A stretch of DNA of 25,171 bases from Octopus sinensis (Eukaryota): the NCBI RefSeq assembly GCF_006345805.1, contig NW_021836068.1, forward strand, positions 1 through 25,171. Direction: 5' to 3'. Below the pieces are notes generated by a model. It did no database searches. It saw only the letters and a program-made list of their open reading frames with translations, and was not told the DNA's origin. The number at the start of each line of letters is the position of its first letter. Position 1 is the stretch's first letter. A program made the translations under genes and the position numbers. Below are positions 1 through 9,480 of this stretch, piece by piece.

Positions 1-176
1 TTGAAATTGCAGAAATTGAAGAGAAAAAACAAACAAATATCTTACAAACTATAGAATTTTCTCAAAAGCCAAGAGAAAAAGATGTTTTATAAACACATTC
101 TACAGTATACGAAGTTTAAAAGTGTTTAGTTACCTAGAAATTATGTTAAAAACTGCCGTTCAAACCGAAAAGATCC
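1..176 (+). mobile_element. MITE family M, copy 1 (right part only, cut by window edge)
   Basis: Near-identical to 2930-3108 and 6709-6889; ends in TIR aaaaactgccgttcaaaccgaaaagatcc. Confidence 0.9.
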
Positions 177-384
177 TGTTTCTGTTCTAATCCAAAAAAA
201 AAAAAAACGACTTCCTTTTGTGTATTTCAACAACAAATTTGTTGTCTTGTAAAATCTTGTCCAAAAGAAGGCAACAAGAAACCAATTTTGCCTTCTCCCA
301 TAGCAATTTCTAGACACTCCCATACTGCTTGTAAAGTCGCCATAGTTTCTTGGTCGATTCAATGTGCGTCAGCCTCTTGGTTAA

Positions 385-792
385 GGCGGCGAGCTGGCAG
401 AAACGTTAGCACGCCGGGCGAAATGCTTAGCTGTATTTCGTCTGCGGTTACGTTCTGAGTTCAAATTCCGCCGAGGTCGACTTTGCCTTTCATCCTTCCG
501 GGGTCGATTAAATAAGTATCAGTTACGCACTGGGTCGATGTAATCGACTTAATACCTATGTCTGTCTTTGTTTGTCCCTTCTGTGTTTAGCCCCTTGTGG
601 GTAATAAAGAAATGTATTTCGTCTGCGTTACGTACGTTGTGAGTTCAAATTCCGCCGAGGTCGACTTGCCTTTCATCCTTTCGGGGTCATAAATAAGTAC
701 CAGTTACGCACTGGGGTCGATGTAATCGACTTAATACCTATGTCTGTCCTTGTTTGTCCCCTCTGTGTTTAGCCCCTTTGGTATAAAGAATA
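385..792 (+). mobile_element. tRNA-derived SINE family A, head plus tandemly duplicated body
   Basis: A-box-like tggcagaaacgttag and B-box-like gagttcaaattcc; body 434-614 repeated at 615-792; flanked by ggttaa at 379-384 and 793-798 (possible TSD); homologous to several other segments in the window. Confidence 0.88.
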
Positions 793-809
793 GGTTAAGG
801 TTTTGTCCA

Positions 810-915
810 CATGGTCGTGCGATCGTGAGTTTCCATTACTGGAGCGACTGGCGAGTTGTGCTTGAGTAAAAGCTTTCATTTCACGTAGTTGCATTCCACT
901 CAGCTGTAAATGAGC
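810..915 (+). mobile_element. Degenerate SINE family C fragment (CORE-like region)
   Basis: gttgtgcttgagtaaaagctttcatttcacgtagttgcattccactcagctgtaaatgag aligns by eye with the reverse complement of 2208-2275. Confidence 0.55.
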
Positions 916-1528
916 AATCCTGCCACAGAATAGAGTCTTCATCGGGAGGAATGACTTCGTTTCAGTCACTTATACGTCATGAAATCAAGTGATCAGTGCT
1001 ATGAGACCTAGGACACGAGACAGTATTGCCCTGGGTGCTAGATGACGATGAGGAAGCAAAAGAGAACTGTCGAAAGAAAACTTTGTTTTTAAATCTGGTT
1101 TGCACAACAGGTTTGCTGGTGAAGCACAGCAGAAACGCAAGTCACAAATTGGGAAACGCCAAAATCAATGCTCTTGAGCGATAAAGATGTAGGCCTCCTA
1201 AAAATAGGAATGGTTGTATACTAGGACAGCGAGATCCGAAGTTTCTATTTAATACTATGGCGTGCTTGTTTAACTCCCACCGTCTTCTCTTTCTCATTCG
1301 CTCACTCTCTCTAAATATGCACGCATACACACGGAAATACACACACGTACACACACACAAACGCGCACACATATGCACGCCGCACATATACACATGTATG
1401 TTTGTTTGCCTTTTAGGATATTTGCCCGGTCGAAATATCTGTCAGTCACCTTTATTCACACGTCACATGAGACAGTAGGTGTTGAATGAAATAACATTTT
1501 GAACGAGAAGCGATCAACAGTTCGCTTT

Positions 1529-1588
1529 GTAGTAGCGTCGTCGACATCGTTGTCGTCGTCGTCGTCGAAAGCAGCAGCAGCAGTAGTT

Positions 1589-1626
<38 letters not shown>

Positions 1627-1733
1627 TGTTGTTGTTTTTGTTGTTGTTGTTGTTCTTCTTCTTCTTTTTCTTCTTCTTCTCCTTCTTCTCCTTCTCCTCC
1701 TCCTCCTCCTCCTTCTTCTTCTTCTTCTTCTTG
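1529..1733. repeat. Compound trinucleotide microsatellite (GTC/GCA/GTA/GTT/CTT/CCT)
   Basis: Directly visible; source of the homopolymeric ORFs at 1452-1926. Confidence 0.95.
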
Positions 1734-1837
1734 TGGCACCTGAATGATGGCGGCGAATAAATAAGAAAGGAGAGGAAAGACAATAGACAATGGCATATGT
1801 GAAATCCTTAGATACATCTCTAGAGATACATACGTAC

Positions 1838-1967
1838 GTAAATACCAACCTTGAGAAATTAGGCTTCTCAAAACCAGAAAGGAGAAAGCTAATTCGAAGA
1901 CTACAGACCCAATCCATCAGATCCAAACTGTAAAAGTCTGTAAAACTTTCAGAAGTTTATCATCTAA
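1838..1967 (+). pseudogene. Extreme 3' end of an RLE-type non-LTR retrotransposon ORF (decayed)
   Basis: Manual translation VNTNLEKLGFSKPERRKLIRRLQTQSI / TVKVCKTF / QKFII* with frameshifts; resembles the C-terminal tail that follows the restriction-like endonuclease domain. Confidence 0.55.
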
Positions 1968-2014
1968 GTATATATGAGCATGTCTAGACATGTAGCTATA
2001 TGCTTGAGACTGCT

Positions 2015-2353
2015 GAGAACCCCTTCGGTCATGACAGACCATGGGATTGCACCTAGAACGTTACCCTCCTGGGCACAAGTCGGGGCAAGGTTGTTTTATG
2101 GAAGACCAGCAGTCGACCATGCATACCGGCCTCCGCTCTCCACGCCACCGGTGTTATCCAAGGGAAAGGCAAAGGGGCCTATACAGCTTGGCGCCCGTGA
2201 CATCGCAACTCATTTCTACAGCTGAGTTAACTGGAGCAACGTGAAATAAAGTGTCTTTCTCAAGAACACAACACACAGCCCGGTCTGGGATTCAAGCTCA
2301 CAGCCTCACGATCGTAAGCTCGACGCTCTAACCACTGAGCCATGCGCCTTCAC
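2015..2353 (-). mobile_element. tRNA(Arg)-like-headed CORE-type SINE family C (octopus OR-SINE-like)
   Basis: Minus strand begins gtgaaggcgcatggctcagtggttagagcgtcgagcttacgatcgtgagg (A box, ACG anticodon-like loop, degenerate B box gcttgaatccc), followed by CORE-like gtgttcttgagaaagacactttatttcacg...cagctgtagaaatgag. Family name is from recall. Confidence 0.82.
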
Positions 2354-2564
2354 TATGACATATTACATATGAGAAAAAAAAAAGATGGGTAGCCAATGGG
2401 ATGCCTTTTAAACAAATCCGTTCGAATGGAATAGCCATGTTGAAGTGGCGAGAAATATTACTTGCTGAAAAATGTATAACTTTACCGAATAGTGATTGTA
2501 GGAGCGTCAGGCTTCATTCGGGTTTCTGAGTGTCAAGTGAGAGGTAACAGAAAGGAGTTAAGAT

Positions 2565-2698
2565 GCCATTCATCCTTTTGGGGTCGATAAATTAAGTACC
2601 AGTTGCGTACTGGGGGTCGATGTAATCGACTTAATCCCTTTGTCAGTCCTTGCTTGTCCCCTCTATGTTTAGTCCCTTGTGGGCAATAAAGATATAAG
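2565..2698 (+). mobile_element. SINE family A, 5'-truncated
   Basis: Matches 486-612; its tail is the target site of MITE copy 2. Confidence 0.85.
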
Positions 2699-3108
2699 GG
2701 ATCTTTTCGGTTTGAACGGCAGTTTTTTCTGGCGGTGTCATATTAAATTGTCACCCATAATTATGACCCTAGTATAGATCTATTGCATTTCAATCTGTTT
2801 TAGGGTTAGGGGTGGGGGGAGGGTATCGTTTTTCTTCAGAAATGTAAATAAACCTAGTCTGTTTCTTAAACGAGGGATATATTCATACGGCACAGAATGT
2901 TGTTTACCTCAATGGACGTCAGTGATTGGTTGAAATTGCAGAAATTGAAGAAAAGAAACAACAAATATCTTACAAACTATAGAATTTTCTCAATAAAGCC
3001 AAGAGAAAAAGATGTTTTATAAACACATTCTACCAGTACACGAAGTTTAAAGGTGTTTAGTTACGTGGAAATTATGTTAAAAAACTGCCGTTCAAACCGA
3101 AAAGATCC
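2699..3108 (+). mobile_element. MITE family M, copy 2 (complete, 410 bp)
   Basis: Perfect 29-bp TIR ggatcttttcggtttgaacggcagttttt at both ends; flanks gatataag / gaaataaa (6 of 8 match, decayed TSD); no transposase ORF. Confidence 0.92.
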
Positions 3109-3473
3109 GAAATAAAAATTGATACACAAAGCAAAAAAAAATTACTAAGTAAAAGATGAGGACAAGGAAAAGGAGATAAATGAAGAAGACATGATGTGGA
3201 ATAGAAAGACGGTGGGGGGGGGGAAGGAAGGGAAGGAGAGAGAGGTGTATAATGTGAATTTGAATATGTGGCGGTATGGAATGAGGGATGCAAGAGGGGA
3301 ATGCCGGCAATGATGGACAGACCCCTAATCTGAGAAATGAAAACTTGAAGGATGCCATTAAGGGAAGTGTGACGAATAGGGGGGGAGTTAGCGAAAGAAG
3401 GGATAGTGTAGAACAATAAACAAACGTCCAACAGCTGTGAAGGTATGTGAATGAAAGGAGGAAAATGTGGCTG

Positions 3474-3806
3474 TTGGTGGGGGTAGTGGTGTTGATGGTG
3501 GTGGTGATAGTGATGGTGGTGTTGGTGGTGTTGGTAGTGATGGTGGTGTTGGTGGTGATGGTGGTGGTGTCGGCGTTCATTTTGTATTGCGTGCGCGTGA
3601 GTGTCTGTGTGTGTGTGGGGGGGTATGTGTGTGTGTGACGGTGAGCTTAGCGAGCTTGATAAATCGATAGATAGATAGACAAACAGACAGACACACAGAC
3701 AAATATATATATACATACATACATACATGACATACATACATAATATATATATTATATATATATAATATATATACATACATATATATATATATATATAATA
3801 TATATG

Positions 3807-3841
<35 letters not shown>

Positions 3842-3851
3842 CATATATATA

Positions 3852-3885
<34 letters not shown>

Positions 3886-3886
3886 T

Positions 3887-3928
<42 letters not shown>

Positions 3929-4047
3929 CACTTTCTTGCGTGCAACAATCGTCAATTTCTTGAGAATGGGCTCATAACCCCGAAATATTGAATACAAGAT
4001 AAGTCTACATTAATCTACATTTGTATATATATATACATTTGTATATA

Positions 4048-4102
<55 letters not shown>

Positions 4103-4108
4103 ATATAT

Positions 4109-4146
<38 letters not shown>

Positions 4147-4196
4147 ATACATATATATACAGAGAAAGAGAGAGAGAGGAGAGAGAGAGAAAGAGA
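3474..4196. repeat. Microsatellite cluster (GGT/GAT, GT, AGAT, TA, TC, GA)
   Basis: Directly visible simple repeats with short unique spacers. Confidence 0.9.
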
Positions 4197-4749
4197 GTAG
4201 GAATCTCCTTAATCAATTTAATCTCCGTTTACTTAAAAAAGTAGAAAATAATTTGAGTGGGATTTCAAGCCGGTCGAGTACCCTCGTAATGTTAACTCTC
4301 CAACCTTGTTTCCTTTCATTTGTACCCCAAAACCCTTTTTAATATCTCATTTAACATACATGTGTTCGTATACACTACATTTGATACCCCGTTTCCATGG
4401 CTACAGGGGTATCCACTTCACTGGAGTTTGTATTTATCTCAAAGCGCTTCACCCTCCTTCCCAAAAACATTCAAAGTCAATCACCGGGATGCATAGAAGC
4501 CCCTTCCCCCCACACAGGGATATATGTGCGAACATACACATACCTAAAGAAGCCGATACACACATATAGGGAGATACAGTTAAACATACTCACACACACA
4601 GGCACACACTTACCTATTATGTCCGTATCTATCTGTCTGTCTGTCTATCTGTCCCCCCCCCCACATACATAAACTCTTATATGAACGTATCACCTATCTA
4701 TCATCTCCCTCCCTCTCTCACCTTCTCTGCATATATATATATTATATAT

Positions 4750-4842
4750 ATACTAAGCAATAAGGGTTTAGCAACGAGTTGCCTTACCACATACCGATTA
4801 GAGGTAAGGCAACTCGTTGCTAAACCCTTTATTGCTTAGTAT
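4750..4842. repeat. Inverted repeat (39/40-bp arms, 14-nt loop) at the end of a ~190-bp insert in (TA)n
   Basis: 4750-4788 atactaagcaataagggtttagcaacgagttgccttacc is the reverse complement of 4803-4842 except for one indel. Confidence 0.93.
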
Positions 4843-4943
4843 TACTTAATTTTCCTCGAATGAGGATTTACATGCCGAAGACTACTTGGTGTAATTGATA
4901 ATTATTCCAATTAATAATTTCACCCTTCATTATTACGGATAAT

Positions 4944-5156
4944 ATATATATATATATATATATATAAATATTTATATACATACACACACACTGATATATA
5001 CATATATACACTTACATTGATCATATCCATATATATATATATAATATGTAATATTCACGTGCATTTTGTACGTGTGTGTGTATATATGTATATATATATA
5101 TATGTGTCTGTATATGTATGTATATACATACATACATATATACATATATACAATAT

Positions 5157-5226
<70 letters not shown>
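4944..5226. repeat. (TA)n-rich microsatellite
   Basis: Directly visible. Confidence 0.95.
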
Positions 5227-5228
<2 letters not shown>

Positions 5229-5512
5229 TTATATAGGTAAAGGACATCACCGACAGTGCAAATAACATGAAATACGCAAACAACGAGAAAAAAAAAGAAA
5301 AACAGGACAAGTTAACACAGAGAAAGGTCCCTTTATCAGTTGTCAGCAGATTTTAAAATTTAGAGAAAATTTTAAGATTTAGTGAATTGAGGTAATTTTC
5401 CACGCTGAATCTCAGATCCTAGTTTTTAGATATCGAATAGTTATCAGGGTCCACCAGAATACATAGTAATCAAAGGGGTCCTTAGATTTAAAAAAGAAAA
5501 AAGAATGGTTAA

Positions 5513-5902
5513 GAGTGGCTGTGTGGTAAGTAGCTTGCTAACCAACCACATGGTTCCGGGTTCAGTCCCAATGCGTGGCATCTTGGGCAAGTGTTTTCTG
5601 CTTTAGCCTCAGGCCAACCAAAGCCTTGTGAGTGGATTTGGTAGACGGAAACTGAAAAAAGCCTGTCGTGTAAATGAATATATATATAAGTGTGTGTGTA
5701 TATGTTTGTGTGTCTGTGTTTGTCCCCCTAGCATTGCTGGTGTGTTTACGTTCCCGTCACCTAGCGGTTCGGCAAAAGAGACCGATAAAATAAGTACTGG
5801 GCTTACAAAGAATAAGTCCCGGGGTTGATTTGATCGACTAAAGGCGGTGCTCCAGCATGGCCGCAGTTAAAATGACTGAAACAAGTAAAAAAAAAAAAAA
5901 AA
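5513..5902 (+). mobile_element. tRNA-derived SINE family B, near full length
   Basis: A-box-like tggctgtgtggtaag, B-box-like gggttcagtccc, CORE-like catcttgggcaagtg, internal TA/GT tract, LINE-like 3' tail and poly(A); collinear with 20105-20507. Confidence 0.9.
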
Positions 5903-6444
5903 ATCCCTTGTCTATAATATAATCTGGCAACTTTTCCACGAATTTGAAAAATAGATAAAGAACAAAAACACAAAAAAAAAAAGGAAGCACACACACCCTT
6001 CAAACACACAAAATTATCTGGCTATCTTTCTACTTTACTTCTTTATTTTCCTTCTCTTCTGTATTCTTCAAGACTTTCCCGAATATTATCTCTAATTTTC
6101 CGCTTCATTTCGATCAATCTATCTCTGTCTCCCCTCTCACTCGTCCTCCCTGATTCTCTTTCTCTCTCTCTCTCTCTTCTTTAACCCACCGATGTTTCAT
6201 TCGCTTAGCCTTGTACCCTTGTACCCTATTTTTCAACATGTTAGATTTCTGCCCTCTATCGAATTACAAGCTGTGGTCTTATAATATTATGAACAGTTTT
6301 ACTAGACTGTTGTATAAATAAACATTTGTAAACATTTCACACCGTAACTGAAATGGTTTCTAATAGCCTCGCTAATGATGTTAATGGGAGGTTTTCGTAG
6401 TAACGGCAGAGCTGGTGGGGTCGGCGGTCGTGCCATGGTGCTAG

Positions 6445-6889
6445 GGATCTTTTCGGTTTGAACGGCAGTTTTTTCTAGCGGTGTCATATGAAATTGTCGC
6501 CCATAATTATGACCCTAGTATCGATCTATTGCATTTCAATCTATTTTAGGGTTAAGGTTAGTTAGGGTTAGGGTTAGGGTTAGGGGTGGGGGAAGGGTGT
6601 CTTTTTTCCCTCACAAATGTAAATAAACCCAATCTGTTTCTTAAACGAGGGACATATTCATACGGCACAGAATGTTTTTTTTTTACCTCAATGGACGTCA
6701 TTGATTGGTTGAAATTGCAGAAATTGAAGGAAAAAAACAACGAATATCTTACAAACTATAGAATTTGTTTGTCAATAAAGTCAAGAGAAAAAGATGTTTT
6801 ATAAACACATTCTACCAGTATACGAAGTTTAAAATGTTTTAGTTACCTAGAAATTATGTTAAAAACTGCTGTTCAAACTGAAAAGATTC
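6445..6889 (+). mobile_element. MITE family M, copy 3 (complete, 445 bp)
   Basis: TIRs at both ends (right one has 3 substitutions); perfect 8-bp TSD ggtgctag at 6437-6444 and 6890-6897; expanded TTAGGG tract 6546-6585. Confidence 0.95.
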
Positions 6890-7128
6890 GGTGCTAGTCG
6901 TAGTAACTTTAATATTATTGTAATAGGAGGGTTGTCGTTATGGACCTGGAGTTAATTGTTTTTGCCGTTGATATTGGTAATGATATCAGTCTATGGAAGA
7001 CATAAAATGCTTCATTCCTTTCTTTTAATTTCTCTTGTTACATTTTGGCTGCGATACAGAATATATTCAATTAGAATTATATATTCGTTTAAGATTTATA
7101 ATAAAACAGGGTTAATATAATAGGTCTG

Positions 7129-7544
7129 GGATCTTTCCGGTTTGAACGGCAGTTTTTAATATAATTTCTAGGTAAGTAAAAAATTTTAAACTTCGTATAC
7201 TGGTAGAATGTGTTTATAAAACATCTTTTTCTCTGGGCTTTATTGAGAAAATTCTATAGTTTGTAAGATATTTGTTGTTGTTTTTTTCTTCAATTTCTGC
7301 AATTTCAACCAATCAAATACGTCTATTGAGGTAAACAACATTCTGTGCCGTATGAATATGTCCCTCGTTTAAGAAACAAATTGGGTTTATTTACATTTGT
7401 GAAGAAAAAAAGATACCCTGCCTCCCACCACTAACCCTAACCCTAAAACAGATTGAAATGCAATAGATCGATTCTAGGGTCATAATTATGGGTGACAATT
7501 CCATGACACTGCTAGAAAAACTGCCGTTCAAACCGAAAAGATCC
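7129..7544 (-). mobile_element. MITE family M, copy 4 (complete, 416 bp, opposite orientation)
   Basis: Reverse complement of copies 2 and 3; perfect 8-bp TSD taggtctg at 7121-7128 and 7545-7552. Confidence 0.95.
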
Positions 7545-7559
7545 TAGGTCTGTTATCAT

Positions 7560-7636
7560 ACCAAAGCCTAGTGGGTAAATTTTGTAGATGAAAACTGGAA
7601 GAAGCCTGTCGTGTACACACACACACACACGCACAC
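7560..7636 (+). mobile_element. Degenerate SINE family B internal fragment
   Basis: ccaaagcctagtgggtaaattttgtagatgaaaactggaagaagcctgtcgtg matches 5618-5670. Confidence 0.65.
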
Positions 7637-7818
7637 GTTTGAAATGTTTGAAAATGGAGAGATTCAATGGATATGAATTGATTTATTAATCATTTATTAT
7701 TGCCTACAATTGTCTCACTTCGCACCCGATTTAAATTACAAAACATATATAATGATATAAGCTTGCATTTTGAGTAGTATGGGTGGAAGATCTTCAGGGC
7801 AAAATGGACATTATAGAG

Positions 7819-8010
7819 TTAATCCTTTTGTCTGTCCTTGTTTGTCCTCTCTGTGTTTAGCCCCTTGTGGGTAGTAAAGAAATAGGCACCAGGCTTACAA
7901 AAAGAAACTAACGTCCCGGTGTCGATTTTCTCGACTACAAACCCTTCAAGGCGGTGCCCCAGCGTGGCCGCAGTCAAGTGACTGAAGCAAGTAAAAAATA
8001 AAAACTAAAA
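7819..8010 (+). mobile_element. SINE family A tail (7819-7886) abutting SINE family B tail (7887-8010)
   Basis: First part matches 550-612; second part matches 5795-5890. Confidence 0.8.
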
Positions 8011-8037
8011 GATATACACATCATATAAAAACACATG

Positions 8038-8537
8038 CATAAGCTATTGGGAAAACTCAAGAGATTAATACTCTATTCCTTAGAGCGTAAGCGAGAAAGA
8101 TATGCCATAATATACATCTGGAAGATCCTGGAAGGACTTGTCCCAAACTTTGGCATCGAGAGTTAACAAATACTAGAACTGGGCACCACTGCATAGTGCC
8201 AAGGACTCCAAATTTGCCATCAAGATGTAGGACAAGATACTATGATAGCCTGGGCTTCAGAGGCCCACAGCTCTTCAATATCCTCCCGAAGAACCTGAGA
8301 GACCTGCATGGGGTGGATGCAGATGTCCTTAAAATAAAGTTGGATCTGTTCCTGTCATGTGTCCCAGATGAACCAACTTCACAGCAGGAGGTGCAGATGA
8401 GGGCAGCTGCATCGAACTCTCTCATGCACCAAATGGCAATTGCTAAAAAGCATTCGTGAAGTAAAATCATGTAGCAACACCGAATGGCAGTGCCCCAACA
8501 TGGCCACAGCTCGTGAGCTGAAACTAGATAAAAAAAA
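8038..8537 (+). pseudogene. 5'-truncated CR1-group LINE: ORF2 C-terminus, 3' UTR and A-rich tail
   Basis: Translation with frameshifts: ISYWE/LKRLILYSLERKRERYAIIYIWKILEGLVPNFGIES/TRTGHHCIVP...DSLGFRGPQLFNILPKNLRDL...KIKLDLFLSCVPDEP. This fits the post-RT motif Y..RL..L.L.SLE.RR of CR1/L2-group LINEs. Stop at 8457-8459; 3' stem-loop and A-run at 8506-8537. Confidence 0.85.
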
Positions 8538-8949
8538 TGAAATATATATTCTTCAGAATAACGTTATCCACCATGACCGCGTTATCCTGTCTGATTTGAA
8601 GGAGATTTCGTAGCCATTTCTAACAGATCACCTGTCCACTTAGACTCTCCCCAGGGGTTGTTCTTATTACTGCTATTGTTTCCGTTTCTACTACTTTTAG
8701 AGTTGTTCTCAATGTTGTTGTTGTTGTTGTTGTTGCTGTTGTAGTTATTGTTGCTGGTATAGTGGTGACAATGACGATAATAACGTCGACTACGATGATG
8801 ATGGCGACGATGATATTTTAAATGTGTCAAGGCGATTTTGATTCAATACCCATTGAGATGACAGCGACCCCCCACCAACTAACCCCCACCCCCAACACCA
8901 CCACCAAAAGAAAAAAAATAATGTCAACGAATGAATGACTATTGTCAAA

Positions 8950-9036
8950 TGATGATGACCGTAATGACGATGACGACGACGATGATGATATGATGAAGAT
9001 GATGATGATGATGATGATGATGATGACGACGACGAC

Positions 9037-9093
<57 letters not shown>

Positions 9094-9480
9094 GATGATG
9101 ATGATGGTCATGAGGAGGATGATGATGGTGGTGGTGGTGGTGATGATGATGATGATGACAATGATGATGATTGATGATGACGGCAACGATGACGATGACG
9201 TCGGCGGCATCAACAAAGATGATGTTGATGCTGACGACGAAGACGACGACGATGACGATGACGATGATGAAGTCTGTGATAATGATAACAAAGAAGAAGA
9301 GGAAGGAGAAGGAGAAGAAGAGGAGGAGGAAGAAGAAAATGAAGAAGAAGACGACGACGTCGACGATGATGTTTTAAATGTGTCAACCTGATTTGATTAC
9401 GCAGTTACACCCCCGCCGCACACACACACACACACGCACCATCACCACCACCACCACCACCACCACCATCGCCACCATCA
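8950..9480. repeat. Compound trinucleotide microsatellites (GAT/GAC/GGT/GAA, then CA and CCA)
   Basis: Directly visible. Confidence 0.95.

Noticed and set aside
200-362. 73-aa minus-strand ORF 141-362
   Set aside because: Runs into the MITE TIR and a poly(A) tract; no recognisable product.
3955-3995. Possible hammerhead ribozyme (cttgagaa-tggg..cccc-gaaa); similar hints on the minus strand near 5325-5345 and at 22482-22500
   Set aside because: The CUGANGA core is not intact and stems I and III cannot be built.
6546-6592. True telomere or chromosome fusion scar
   Set aside because: Short tract located at a fixed position inside a TIR- and TSD-bounded MITE.
8560-8655. Short segments that look like further interspersed repeats (also 5440-5510, 13925-14080, 22480-22600 and 22765-22820)
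   Set aside because: No clear second copy, termini or TSD within the window, so they cannot be supported from the sequence alone.
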